DNA of 64,000 nucleotides from Candidatus Eiseniibacteriota bacterium (GCA_044222065.1 JBGAOA010000010.1:8672-72671), one strand, 5' to 3'. Shown: positions 1 to 9,609, numbered from the stretch's first letter. Numbers and translations: made by a program. The notes: generated by a model not told the origin, from the sequence alone.

Positions 1-329
1 ATCCCGAGCACGATCGTGAGTTCGCGCGGCGTGAAGAGCGATCCGCCCCGGTACGCGGAGAGGATCTCGTCCACGCCGGACTCCCCCGCCTGCAGCACGC
101 GGGCGCGCGGCGCTTCGGGCACGTGCCGCGCCCACGCGGCCTTGAGCTCCGCGAGGAACGCCGCCTTCAAGGCCTCGTCCGGCCCCTCCACGTAGAGCGT
201 CGGCGCGAAGGTGCCGAGGTCGAAGCGCTCGAGCGGCGCGACGCCCGAAGCGGTGGCCGCGGCCGCGCGGGCGCGAGGCGCCGCCGCGCGGGCGCTACCA
301 GCCCTGGACGGTGCGCGCGAGGACTTCAT
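1..329 (-). CDS. holA: DNA polymerase III delta subunit, N-terminal part (runs off window start)
   Basis: Not in the ORF track. Manual translation from ATG 329 gives MKSSRAP...TFAPTLYVEGPDEALKAAFLAELK...GVDEILSAYRGGSLFTPRELTIVLG, with the HolA-type xLYxxG and SLF motifs. lptE-holA adjacency is typical. Confidence 0.7.
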   Translation of the reverse strand, partial: MKSSRAPSRAGSARAAAPRARAAAATASGVAPLERFDLGTFAPTLYVEGPDEALKAAFLAELKAAWARHVPEAPRARVLQAGESGVDEILSAYRGGSLFTPRELTIVLG

Positions 330-822
330 CGGCGATCTTTCCCACGGCCGTGCGGCGGCCGTCGGCCTCGGTGCGCGCGCTGTCGCCGCCCACCGGCTGG
401 ACGTAGTAGTTCGCGGTCTTCTGCAGCGCCGCCTCGCTCCACAGCTCGCGGTTCTTCACGACGTCCTTGAACGACACCTGGACCGTGATGCTCACGCGGT
501 ACTCCTGCGCGCGGTTCTGCTCCGAGAAGCCGAACACCGAGTTGCGGTACTCGATGATCTTGCCGCGCAGCACCGCGCTCGCCGAGCGCTCGTCCACGAC
601 CTTCAGGCTGTTGTCGCGGATGAAGCGATCGATCACCGCGTTCGTCAGATCCTGTTCGAGCGCGTATTCGGTCGTGGAGTTCTCGAACACCGGGATCGCC
701 ACGGTGCGCAGGTGGGCCGGCAGCGCGCCCGAACGCACCGTGTACGCGCAACCCGCCCCCAGGCAGGCCAGCGCGACGGCGAGTCCGAGCGTGGCCTGAC
801 GGAGGCGGGCGGAAGTGTTCAA
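295..822 (-). CDS. lptE: LptE family LPS-assembly lipoprotein
   Basis: TTG start overlaps the upstream stop (TTGA). Lipobox LGAGC, then AYTVRSGALPAHLRTVAIPVFENST; ends RTVQGW. Confidence 0.85.
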   Translation of the reverse strand: MNTSARLRQATLGLAVALACLGAGCAYTVRSGALPAHLRTVAIPVFENSTTEYALEQDLTNAVIDRFIRDNSLKVVDERSASAVLRGKIIEYRNSVFGFSEQNRAQEYRVSITVQVSFKDVVKNRELWSEAALQKTANYYVQPVGGDSARTEADGRRTAVGKIADEVLARTVQGW

Positions 823-2240
823 GCGGCGGAGGCTTCGTCCCGGGCCGGGTGGATCTCGTAGAGCTTCATCCGATAGCGCAGCTTGTCGCGCTTCAGATTC
901 AGCACGTCGGCAGTGCGACTCTGGTTCCACTTCGTAGCATACGAGGCGTGGAGGATCAAGGCTCGCTCGAGTTCCTCGACGAGCGACTCGAACGGAATCC
1001 CGTCCTGCGGCACCGCGTTCTGCAGGTACTCGTCCACGCGCTGGCCCAGCGACAGGTCGCCGGCGCCGCGCACGCGCGGCGCGAGCTTCAGGTGCTGCGG
1101 CTCGAGCGTCTCTCCCTGCTCGAGCAGCACGGTGCGCTCGAACAGGTTCTTCAGCTCGCGGATGTTCCCCGGCCACGGGTAGTCGAGGAGCAGGCGCTCG
1201 GCCGGCGGCGACATCGCGCGGAACTGCTTCCGGAACTGCTTCGTGAAGCGTTCCATGAAGAGCCGCGACAGCGGCAGGATGTCCTCTCGGCGCTCGCGCA
1301 GCGGCGGAACGTAGAGCGGCACGACCTTGAGCCGGTAGTAGAGGTCCTCGCGGAAGTGGCCGTCCTGCACGCGGCGCTCGAGGTCCTGGTTCGTCGCCGA
1401 GATGATGCGCAGGTTCACCGAGATGTCCTTCGTGCCGCCGACGCGCCGGAACGTGCGCCGTTCGAGCACGCGCAGCAGCTTCACCTGCAGCATCGGCGCC
1501 ATCTCCCCGATCTCGTCGAGGAACAGCGTGCCGCCGTTCGCGATCTCCATCAGTCCGAGCTTCTGCGCGCGGGCGTCGGTGAACGCGCCCTTCTCGTGCC
1601 CGAACAGTTCGCTCTCGAGCAGCTCGCTCGGGATCGCCGCGCAGTTCACCTCGACGAACGGCTGGTCGTGGCGCGCGCTCATGCGGTGGATGAGGTTCGC
1701 GAAGTACTCCTTGCCCGTGCCGCTCTCGCCCTGGATCAGCACGCTCGTCGTGTCGCCGAGCGCGACCTGTTCCGCGATCGCGTAGGCCTCCTGCATCGCG
1801 GGGCTGGCCGAGTGCAGGAACTCCTCGTCGGCGAACGCCTGGTGGCGGAGCCGCTTCAGCTCGAGGCGCGTCTTCTGCGTTTCGAGCGCCCGCGCGACGA
1901 GCGCGAGGAGCTCCTCGTTCTGGAACGGCTTCTTCACGAACCAGAACGCACCCGCGTTCATCGCCTCGACGGCCGTCTCGAGGTCGCCGAAGGCGGTCAT
2001 CATGATGATCGGAACGTCCACGTCCACGCGCCGGATCTCGCGCAGCAGCTCGAGTCCGGTGCCGTCGGGCAGCTTCAGGTCGAGGATCGCGAGATCCGGC
2101 ATCGCCTGGTCGAGCAGACCGCGGGATTCGCGGACCGACCCGGCGCACTGCACGGTGTAGCCCTCGTCCTCGAGGCACTTCGTCACGAAGTGGCGGATCG
2201 AATCCTGATCGTCCACCACCAGAATGTTCGCTTTGCTCAT
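819..2240 (-). CDS. Sigma54-dependent response regulator (REC-AAA+-HTH, NtrC/AtoC family)
   Basis: Starts MSKANILVVDDQ. Walker A GESGTGKE, ESELFGHEKGAFTDA, LFLDEIGE, WPGNIREL and a C-terminal Fis-type HTH. Confidence 0.95.
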   Translation of the reverse strand: MSKANILVVDDQDSIRHFVTKCLEDEGYTVQCAGSVRESRGLLDQAMPDLAILDLKLPDGTGLELLREIRRVDVDVPIIMMTAFGDLETAVEAMNAGAFWFVKKPFQNEELLALVARALETQKTRLELKRLRHQAFADEEFLHSASPAMQEAYAIAEQVALGDTTSVLIQGESGTGKEYFANLIHRMSARHDQPFVEVNCAAIPSELLESELFGHEKGAFTDARAQKLGLMEIANGGTLFLDEIGEMAPMLQVKLLRVLERRTFRRVGGTKDISVNLRIISATNQDLERRVQDGHFREDLYYRLKVVPLYVPPLRERREDILPLSRLFMERFTKQFRKQFRAMSPPAERLLLDYPWPGNIRELKNLFERTVLLEQGETLEPQHLKLAPRVRGAGDLSLGQRVDEYLQNAVPQDGIPFESLVEELERALILHASYATKWNQSRTADVLNLKRDKLRYRMKLYEIHPARDEASAA

Positions 2241-4186
2241 GGATTCCCTCCCGCGGGCTCGATGGGGATGTCGACGGTGAAGCAGGTGCCCTCTCCGGGG
2301 TCGCTCTTCACGGCGATCGTTCCCCCGTGTCGCTTGACGATGTCGTGGCTGACGTACAGACCGAGCCCGCTGCCTCCTTTCTTGGTGGTGTAGAACGGTT
2401 CGAAGATGGTCTTGATCGCTTCCGGCGGAATGCCGCTGCCGCGGTCGCGCACGGTCACGCGCACGGCGGCGGGCCACGCGCCCGCGGGCCCCGGACCGTC
2501 GCGCTCGTGCGGCGCCGGCGCCACGGCCACCCGCACGTCGGCGCCCTGCGGCGACGCCTCGATCGCGTTCTTGACGAGGTTGAGCAGCACTTGTTCGAGG
2601 TGGTCGGCGTCGTGCGCGGCCGCGGGGGTCCGCGGCGCGACGTCGAGCCGCAGCGTCACGCCGCGCGCCGCGCCGATCGCCTCGGCGCACTGCACCGCGC
2701 GCCGCGCGGTCTCCTCGACCGGCGCGGCCCGCAGGCGCAGCTCGCGCGGATGCGTGATGTCGAAGAGGTCCTGCAGCACGCGGTCGAGGCGCTGGATCTC
2801 GCGCTCGATGAACTCGAGGTGCTCGCGCGGCGGGCCGTCTTTCGGCAGCGACTTCGTCAGGTACTGGGCCCCGGCGGCGATGCCGGCGAGCGGATTGCGG
2901 ATCTCGTGGGCGACGCTCGAGGTGAAGCGGCCGAGCGCCGCGAGCCGGTCGAGGCTGCGCGCCTGCTCTTCCGCGCGCTTGAACGGCGTCAGGTCCACGA
3001 ACAGCGCGATCGCGCCGTACACCGTGCCGCGGTCGCGCTTGAGCAGCGACGACGTGAAGCTGACCGGCAGCCGCGAGCCGTTGCGCGTGCGGATCCACGT
3101 CTCGATCCGCCGCGAGACGCGGCCGTGCTCGAGCGCATCGCGCATGGCGTCGGCGCACTCGGGTCCGGCGATCTCGGCGAACGTGCGGCCGAGCGCTTCG
3201 GCCTCGTCCCAGGCGAGCAGCGCCTCGGCGGCCGGGTTCACGGTCAGGACGTGGCCGCGCAGGTTCACCGCCACGAGCGCGCTCGACATCGAATCGAGGA
3301 TGTTCTCGCGGAACTGCTCGCTGCGGCGCAGCTCCTGCTGGAGCTGCGCGTTCTCGAGCAGCGGCGCGATCGAGAGTCCGATGGACTCGAGCAGTTCGGC
3401 GTCGCGGGTCGTGTCCGGATCGGAGCCGCGCCCGCGCGACGTCGCGAGGACGCCCATCATCGGCATGACGTCGCAGCCGAGGCAGTGGCGCTGCCGCGCC
3501 TCGCGCTCGAGCGCCCAGCGCGCCGCGGCCGGCCCCGGCGGCGGCACGAGCCCCGAGGCGTCGCCCAGGATGCAGCGCGCGCCGCACACCTCGTGCGTGT
3601 CGGAGCCCGCGACGAGCGACTGGCTGCGCTGAAGCGGGACGCACACGAGCGGCCCCATCGTCTCCATGACGTCGAGCAGCGGGTGGCCGTCCGGCAGCGT
3701 GGCGAGCGTGTGCGACACGGTCGTGCGCTGGATGAGCGTGCGGTTGAGCCACAGCGCGCGCGGAATCGCGCCGCCGTCGCCGACGAGCGGCAGCTCGAGC
3801 GAGTGCGCGCGCTCCTCCCCGCCCTGCCGGTGCATCCACGTGCCGGTCAGGGTCTCGCGTTCGCGGTCGAGGAGCAGCAAGCCGACGTCCTCGTAGCCGA
3901 ACGCGCGCGCGAGGTAGCGCGCGATCGTGCGCGTGGCCTCGGCGAGATCGGACGCCGCGACGACGCCGCTCGCGACCTCGCGCAGCGATACGAGCTGCAC
4001 GCGGGTCTCGATGAGGCGGCGCTGGCTCTTCTCGAGCTCCTCGACGAGCTCTCCGAGCGTCTGCACGAGCGAATCCGTGTCCGACGGATCGAGGGTCGCC
4101 GGAGTCCCGGCGCGATCCGACAGACCGCGGACGTCGTCCACCCGCTGGAGCAGCTCGCGCAGGGCGCGAGCGCGGTGATCCTCCAT
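2237..4186 (-). CDS. GAF-PAS sensor histidine kinase
   Basis: H-box AHEIRNPL, N-box NLVKNA, DRGSG, FEPFYTTK, GSGLGL. PAS domain before HisKA. Stop overlaps the regulator start. Start at MEDHRA is a choice; the ORF extends to 4243. Confidence 0.92.
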   Translation of the reverse strand: MEDHRARALRELLQRVDDVRGLSDRAGTPATLDPSDTDSLVQTLGELVEELEKSQRRLIETRVQLVSLREVASGVVAASDLAEATRTIARYLARAFGYEDVGLLLLDRERETLTGTWMHRQGGEERAHSLELPLVGDGGAIPRALWLNRTLIQRTTVSHTLATLPDGHPLLDVMETMGPLVCVPLQRSQSLVAGSDTHEVCGARCILGDASGLVPPPGPAAARWALEREARQRHCLGCDVMPMMGVLATSRGRGSDPDTTRDAELLESIGLSIAPLLENAQLQQELRRSEQFRENILDSMSSALVAVNLRGHVLTVNPAAEALLAWDEAEALGRTFAEIAGPECADAMRDALEHGRVSRRIETWIRTRNGSRLPVSFTSSLLKRDRGTVYGAIALFVDLTPFKRAEEQARSLDRLAALGRFTSSVAHEIRNPLAGIAAGAQYLTKSLPKDGPPREHLEFIEREIQRLDRVLQDLFDITHPRELRLRAAPVEETARRAVQCAEAIGAARGVTLRLDVAPRTPAAAHDADHLEQVLLNLVKNAIEASPQGADVRVAVAPAPHERDGPGPAGAWPAAVRVTVRDRGSGIPPEAIKTIFEPFYTTKKGGSGLGLYVSHDIVKRHGGTIAVKSDPGEGTCFTVDIPIEPAGGNP

Positions 4187-4300
4187 CCGATCCGTCCGCC
4201 GCGCGCGCCCACGGGGCTCGGGGCGCGCGGCGTGAAGGTTCACCGGCGCGCCGCCTCAGGGCGGGGAGGGCGGCGCGCGCCGGCGTGTTACCGGGAAGGC

Positions 4301-5431
4301 TCAGCCATCCACGAATTCGCGAACGGTGTTCGCGACGTAGCGGATCTGCTCCTCCGTGAGCTCGGGGTAGATCGGGAGCGCGACCGTCTCGAGCGCCGCG
4401 GCTTCCGAGTTCGGCATGTCGCCGGTCTTGTGGCCGAGCGAAGCAAAGCACTTCTGCAGGTGCAGCGGAACCGGGTAGTACACCTCGCAGCCGACTCCGC
4501 GTTCGCCGAGGAACGTCTTCAGCTCGTCGCGCTTCGGCACGCGGATGACGTACTGGTTGTAGATGTGGCGCGTGCGCGGGTCGTGGTACGGCCGGCCCAC
4601 CTTCGACCCCTCGAACAGCTGGTTGTAGAGCGCGGCATTCTTCGCGCGCCCTTCGCTCCAGCGGTCGAGATGGCGAAGCTTCACGCGCAGGATCGCGGCC
4701 TGCAGCGCGTCGAGGCGCGAGTTCGTGCCGACGAGCGAGTGGTAGTACTTCGGCTTCGCGCCGTGGTTGCAGAGCAGCCGGGCGCGGTCCGCGATCTCGG
4801 CGTTCTGGCTGACGATCATGCCGCCGTCGCCGGCGCAGCCGAGGTTCTTCGACGGGAAGAACGAGAAGCAGCCGAAGTCGGTCATCGAGCCCGAGCGCTT
4901 CCCCTCCCACTCCGAGCCGATGGACTGCGCCGCGTCCTCGATGAGCCAGATCTTGTGCTTCTGGCAGATCGCCTTGATCGCCGGCAGGTCGCAGCACTGA
5001 CCGAACAGCGACACGGCCACGACCGCCTTCGTGCGCGGCGTGATGGCGGCCTCGAGCCGGTGCGGATCCATGTTGTACGTGCGCGCGTCGATGTCCACGA
5101 ACACCGGCGTCGCGCCGTTGTTCGCGATCGTGCCGGCGCTCGCGAAGAACGAGTACGCGCTCGTGACGACCTCGTCGCCGGGGCCGATGCCGAGCGCCCA
5201 CATCGACAGCAGCAGCGCGTCGGTGCCCGAGGCGCAGGCGACCGCCTGACTCGTCTGCGAGTAGCGGGCGACCTCCTCCTCGAGGCCCTTCACCTCCGGG
5301 CCGCCGATGAACATCGTGCTCTCCATCACGCGGCGCACGGCGTCGTCCACGTCCGCCTTGATCGTCGCGTACTGCGCCTTGAGGTCCAGCAGAGGGACCG
5401 TCATCGCCGCCTTCGTCGGGCTGCCTGCCAT
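4301..5431 (-). CDS. DegT/DnrJ/EryC1/StrS aminotransferase (WbpE/WlbC-like)
   Basis: VPLLDLKAQY, SGTDAL, IEDAAQS, SFFPSKNLG (PLP Lys), NSRLDALQAA. Confidence 0.95.
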   Translation of the reverse strand: MAGSPTKAAMTVPLLDLKAQYATIKADVDDAVRRVMESTMFIGGPEVKGLEEEVARYSQTSQAVACASGTDALLLSMWALGIGPGDEVVTSAYSFFASAGTIANNGATPVFVDIDARTYNMDPHRLEAAITPRTKAVVAVSLFGQCCDLPAIKAICQKHKIWLIEDAAQSIGSEWEGKRSGSMTDFGCFSFFPSKNLGCAGDGGMIVSQNAEIADRARLLCNHGAKPKYYHSLVGTNSRLDALQAAILRVKLRHLDRWSEGRAKNAALYNQLFEGSKVGRPYHDPRTRHIYNQYVIRVPKRDELKTFLGERGVGCEVYYPVPLHLQKCFASLGHKTGDMPNSEAAALETVALPIYPELTEEQIRYVANTVREFVDG

Positions 5432-5459
5432 TCCCTGTCTCCTTCGATCGAGAGCCGGA

Positions 5460-6218
5460 CTACGCGTCCACCCAGCCCTGGTTTTCGAGCAGTTGTTCCA
5501 CCGGGACGTCGCGCAGAACCCGCGCGGGCGTGCCCATGACGATCTTGCGCGCCGGAACGTCCTTCGTGACGACCGAGCCCGCGGCGACGAGCGCGTCCTC
5601 GCCGACGGTGACGCCCGGGAGCGTGACCGTGCCGGCGCCGATGCGGCCGCCCTTCTTCACCGTGAGGCCCTTGAAGTGCTTGAAGCGCTCCGCCGTGCGG
5701 CCGACGAAGTTGTCGTTCGACATCACGACGCCGGGAGCGATGAACACCCGGTCCTCGAGCGTCGAGTAGGCGGTCACGTAGCACTCGCTCTCGAGCTTGC
5801 AGTAGCGGCCGACGCTGCAGAAGTTCTCGACCGTGACGCCGCGGCCGACGATCGTGCCGCGGCCGATCGTGACGTTCTCGCGCACGGTGCAGAGGTCGGC
5901 CATCAGCACCTTCGGGTCGATCTTCGCGCCGCGGTAGAGCACGACGCCGGTGCCGACGATGCACAGCTCGCCGAGCTCGAGGGGCGGCAGCTCCTGCTCC
6001 TTCGTCGTCGCCGAGTTCGCCGCCTTCATGGGCTTCTTGCCGAGCGAAGCGTGGTCGTCGATGCGCACGGTGTCGCCGACGACGGTGTCGTCGTGGATCA
6101 CGACGTGGTGTCCGATGCGGCAGCCCTTGCCGATGCGCACGTTCGCGCCGATCACGCAGTACTCACCGAGCGTCGTGCCTTCGCCGACGACGGCGCTCGA
6201 ATGGATGACGCTGCTCAT
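5460..6218 (-). CDS. Hexapeptide-repeat N-acetyltransferase (WbpD/WlbB-like)
   Basis: MSSVIHSSAVVGEG start, left-handed beta-helix repeats, ending VAAGSVVTKDVP...GTPAR. Confidence 0.88.
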   Translation of the reverse strand: MSSVIHSSAVVGEGTTLGEYCVIGANVRIGKGCRIGHHVVIHDDTVVGDTVRIDDHASLGKKPMKAANSATTKEQELPPLELGELCIVGTGVVLYRGAKIDPKVLMADLCTVRENVTIGRGTIVGRGVTVENFCSVGRYCKLESECYVTAYSTLEDRVFIAPGVVMSNDNFVGRTAERFKHFKGLTVKKGGRIGAGTVTLPGVTVGEDALVAAGSVVTKDVPARKIVMGTPARVLRDVPVEQLLENQGWVDA

Positions 6219-7252
6219 GACACCCCCGCGGTCTGGCCCTGCACGGCGACCGGCGCACCGCCCGCCTCGAGCGACGCCTGCGCGGCGGCGAGCACCTTCA
6301 CGACCCTGAGGCCGTTCTCCCCGTCGGTGAGCGGCTGCTTGCGCTCGCGAATGCAGTCCACGAAATGCCGGCACTCGATGGACAGCGGCTCCTGGTTCGA
6401 GATCTTCGGCAGCAGGATGTCGCCGCTGCGAACCGTGAGCGCGTCGCCGTAGGACACGACCTCGCCGGCGCGGTCCACGCCCTTGTCGTAGATGCGGATC
6501 TTCTCGCTCGCTTCCATGTCGTCGAACACGACCATCTTCTGGCTGCCGACGACCGTGAACTTGCGCAGCTTGTGCGGATCGAGCCACGAGACGTGGACGT
6601 GCGCGAGCTTGCCGCCCGGGAAACGCAGGTCCACGAACACGACGTCCTCGACCTTGCCCTGCAGGAACGCCGAGCCGCGGGCGACGACGTCGATCGGCTC
6701 CTGACCGATGAGGTGCAGGACGACCGAGAGGTCGTGAGGCGCGAAGCTCCAGAGCGCGTTCTCGTCGCGGCGGACCTTCCCGAGGTTCACGCGCTGGGAG
6801 TAGATGTAGTAGAGGTCGCCGAGGTCGCCGGAATCCACCATCTTCTTCAGGTACTGGACGCCCGGGTGGTAGAGCAGCAGGTGGCCGACCATGAGGATCC
6901 GGTTGCGCTCCTTCGCGAGCTTCACGAGCGCTTCGGCGTCGGCGACCTTCAGCGTGAGCGGCTTCTCGACGTACACGTCCTTCCCCGCCTCGAGCAGCTG
7001 CTTCGCGAGCGGGAAGTGGCTCACCGCCGACGACGACACGACGGCGCCCTGGATGTCGGCGGCCGCGCACACTTCGTCGACGTGCGACAGCGCACGCGTG
7101 CCGGGGTACTGCGCCGCCGTCTTGGCGAGCCGCTGCGCGTCCGCGTCGCACAGCGCGACGAGGCGCGCGCCCGGGACGCGCGAGAAATTGCGGACCAGAT
7201 TGGCTCCCCAGTCGCCGGTGCCGACGACCGCGATGCCCGGACCGTCCGTCAT
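6215..7252 (-). CDS. Gfo/Idh/MocA oxidoreductase (WbpB/WlbA-like)
   Basis: IAVVGTGDWG Rossmann motif, VEKP, MVGH. Clustered with the acetyltransferase and DegT genes. Confidence 0.92.
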   Translation of the reverse strand: MTDGPGIAVVGTGDWGANLVRNFSRVPGARLVALCDADAQRLAKTAAQYPGTRALSHVDEVCAAADIQGAVVSSSAVSHFPLAKQLLEAGKDVYVEKPLTLKVADAEALVKLAKERNRILMVGHLLLYHPGVQYLKKMVDSGDLGDLYYIYSQRVNLGKVRRDENALWSFAPHDLSVVLHLIGQEPIDVVARGSAFLQGKVEDVVFVDLRFPGGKLAHVHVSWLDPHKLRKFTVVGSQKMVVFDDMEASEKIRIYDKGVDRAGEVVSYGDALTVRSGDILLPKISNQEPLSIECRHFVDCIRERKQPLTDGENGLRVVKVLAAAQASLEAGGAPVAVQGQTAGVS

Positions 7253-7315
7253 GAACGTTCTCCTCTCGAGTTCGTTTCGGTGAGCGCGCGCGCGGGATCC
7301 GCAGCGCGGCGGCGG

Positions 7316-7344
7316 AGTCTAGCAACGCCGTCGGGCCGCGGCAA
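7316..7344 (-). promoter_or_regulatory. Sigma70-type promoter for the sugar-modification cluster
   Basis: TTGCCG-N17-TAGACT with an extended TG, upstream of RBS GAGGAG and ATG 7252. Confidence 0.6.
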
Positions 7345-7358
7345 AAGTCCGGGCCGCA

Positions 7359-8354
7359 TCAGGCCGCCTGCGGCCACAGCGTCTCCACGCGATTGCGTCC
7401 GCGCTGCTTCGCCTGGTAGAGCGCACGGTCCGCGACCTGAATGAGCGACGTGCTGTCGGTCGCGTCCTCGGGGAACATCGAGACGCCGAGGCTGATCGTG
7501 ATCGTTCCCGCGTGGGTGAGCGGAAACGCGTGCTCCTCGATCGAGGCGCGAACGCGCTCGGCGACGACCATCGCTCCCTCGCGATTGGTCTGCGGCAGGA
7601 TCACGGTGAACTCGTCGCCGCCGTACTTCGCGACGAGGTCGAACGACCGCACCTGCTGCGCGATGAGGCCGGCGGCCTCCTTGAGCAGGTGACTGCCGCG
7701 CAGGTGGCCGTTGCGGTCGTTGTACGTCTTGAGATTGTCCACGTCGATCATCACGAGCGCGAGCTCCTGGTTGTAGCGCCCGGCGCGCTTGATCTCGCGG
7801 CGCAATGCGGTCTTGAGGAAGCGGTAGTTGTAGACCTGCGTGAGGTCGTCGGTGACGGCGAGCTTCTCGAGCGCGCTCGTCAGCCGCGCGCCGTCGAGCG
7901 TGGCGGCCGCCCACGCCGCGAGCACCATCGCGACGGCCGTCTCGTCCGAAGTGAAGCGTGCGCCGCGCGGCGCGCGATGGAACGCGAGGTAGCCGCCCGC
8001 CGTCTCGCGCGCCCGCAGCGGCACGAACATCACCGGGCCCGAGACGAATCCGGGGCAGGCTTCCGCCTCCCCGACGCGCGGGTCCTCGGCGAAGTTCGTG
8101 ACGACGACCGGCACGCCGTGCCGCAGCAGCGAACGCGGGAACGAGGACTCACGGCCCTCGTGAGGGCGCGCCTCGGTGTCCCCCGCCCTCAGCACGTGCA
8201 GGCTGCCGCGGCGGCCCGAGACCACGGCGGCGTCACACTCGATCAGCTCGACCGAGGCGCGCAGCAGCCGGTCCACGACCGACGCGTACGAGCGGAGACC
8301 ACGGCGATTGTGCAGCTCGAGCAGCGCCTCGAGCGCGCGTTCACGTGGAAGCAC
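7359..8354 (-). CDS. GAF-GGDEF diguanylate cyclase
   Basis: TDDLTQVYN, DVDNLKTYND..GH, RSFD I-site and an intact GGDEF motif. N-terminal GAF-like domain. Confidence 0.93.
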   Translation of the reverse strand: MLPRERALEALLELHNRRGLRSYASVVDRLLRASVELIECDAAVVSGRRGSLHVLRAGDTEARPHEGRESSFPRSLLRHGVPVVVTNFAEDPRVGEAEACPGFVSGPVMFVPLRARETAGGYLAFHRAPRGARFTSDETAVAMVLAAWAAATLDGARLTSALEKLAVTDDLTQVYNYRFLKTALRREIKRAGRYNQELALVMIDVDNLKTYNDRNGHLRGSHLLKEAAGLIAQQVRSFDLVAKYGGDEFTVILPQTNREGAMVVAERVRASIEEHAFPLTHAGTITISLGVSMFPEDATDSTSLIQVADRALYQAKQRGRNRVETLWPQAA

Positions 8355-8399
8355 GAGCGATACCCCCGGGGAATGAGCGGACGGATCCGCCCGGGAGGC

Positions 8400-8415
8400 T
8401 GCAACGCCTGTGCCA
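8400..8415 (-). promoter_or_regulatory. Sigma54 (-24/-12) promoter of the GGDEF gene
   Basis: TGGCAC-AGGCG-TTGCA is an exact consensus match. Predicted +1 is ~8389, 35 nt before the GTG start. Confidence 0.8.
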
Positions 8416-8436
8416 TCCCCCCCAGCGGCCGGGGAA

Positions 8437-9483
8437 TCAGCGCGAATCGTCGAAGAAGCTCCCCGCGAGGGCGATCGTTCGCGCTCCGAAACCCACGATC
8501 CCGGCCACGATCAGCACCCACCCCGCGAGCTTGCCGGCGTCGGACAAGGGCAGTTCGGCGTTGAACTTGGCGTAGACGACGAGCGCCCAGACGAGCGCCG
8601 CGGTCAGGACCGCCGAGAGAACCGCCTGAACGCGCGCCCACGTGCGGGCCTCGCTCCCGCGCGCCGCATCCGGATGGGGCAATTGGCCTGATTCGGAGCC
8701 GCCCGTTCGTGCGGACTGCACGCTTTCCATCCGCTCGGGTCGGATGCCGCCACCGACCCCGGGGGCGGCATCCGGGGCGCGCAGCGTCCAGAGCGCCGTC
8801 GCTCCGAGCAGGAAGCGGCGCCGGCGCACGAGTGTGAACCCGCGCTCGCGCGCCGCCCGCTCGAACGCCTCGCCGTCGCCGAACTCGAGGATGGACTGGC
8901 CGAGGTAGCGGTACGCGCTCGGGTCGCCCGAGAGCCGGCCGAGCGCCGGCACGCCGTGCTCGAGGTGCGCGCGATGGAGCGGCGCGAGCGGGCCCGGGCG
9001 CGGCGCGGTCGCCTCGAGCACGACGAGCGTGCCGCCGGGCGCGAGCACGCGCGCGAGTTCGGCGAGCGCGTCCGCACGCGGCCGCAGGTTGCGCATGCCG
9101 AACGCGATCGTGACGGCGTCGACCGAGCCGCGTCCGAGCGGCAGGTGGAACGCGTCGGCGCACGCGAGCCGCGGCGCCCAGCCGGGGCCGAAGTGCTCGT
9201 CGGCGGCGGCTTCGAGCATGCCGAGGCTCACGTCCACGCCGAGCAACGTGCGGCCCGGCCGGCGCAGTCCGGGCAGCGACACGCCGTTGCCTGTGCACAG
9301 GTCGAGCACGACGCGCGCGCGCTCGGGCACTTCGCGCCACATCGCGCGCCGCCACGCGTCGTCCTGACCGAGCGTCATCAGCCGGTTCAGGAGGTCGTAG
9401 CGCCCGGAGACCGAGTCGAACATGGACGCCATCGCACGCGCGGCGCGCGGCTCGAAGCGTTCGGAACCGGAGTCGGGAGTCAT
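8437..9483 (-). CDS. UbiE/MenG family SAM methyltransferase with a C-terminal two-helix membrane extension
   Basis: MFDSVSGRYDLLNRLMTLGQDDAWRR, VLDLCTGNG, TIAFGMRN, RVLAPGG, AYRYL. Two hydrophobic segments at the C-terminus. Confidence 0.85.
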   Translation of the reverse strand: MTPDSGSERFEPRAARAMASMFDSVSGRYDLLNRLMTLGQDDAWRRAMWREVPERARVVLDLCTGNGVSLPGLRRPGRTLLGVDVSLGMLEAAADEHFGPGWAPRLACADAFHLPLGRGSVDAVTIAFGMRNLRPRADALAELARVLAPGGTLVVLEATAPRPGPLAPLHRAHLEHGVPALGRLSGDPSAYRYLGQSILEFGDGEAFERAARERGFTLVRRRRFLLGATALWTLRAPDAAPGVGGGIRPERMESVQSARTGGSESGQLPHPDAARGSEARTWARVQAVLSAVLTAALVWALVVYAKFNAELPLSDAGKLAGWVLIVAGIVGFGARTIALAGSFFDDSR

Positions 9484-9521
9484 GCGCCGCGGCGGGACCT
9501 CGGGACGAGGCCGAACGGGAG

Positions 9522-9598
9522 TGGTGCGCCCGACAGGAATCGAACCTGTAACCTTTAGCTCCGGAGGCTAACGCTCTATCCAATTGAGCTACGGGCGC
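9522..9598 (-). tRNA. tRNA-Arg(CCG)
   Basis: GCGCCCG acceptor stem, anticodon arm TTAGC-CTCCGGA-GCTAA, GGTTCGATT T-loop, encoded CCA. Confidence 0.97.
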
Positions 9599-9609
9599 AG
9601 CGGGCCGCG

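Noticed and set aside
1570..1600. GAFTDA instead of GAFTGA in the sigma54 activator
   Set aside because: A common variant in this family; not evidence of lost function.
9522..9598. tRNA genes as prophage or island integration sites
   Set aside because: No integrase and no duplicated tRNA 3' end found in the window for either tRNA.
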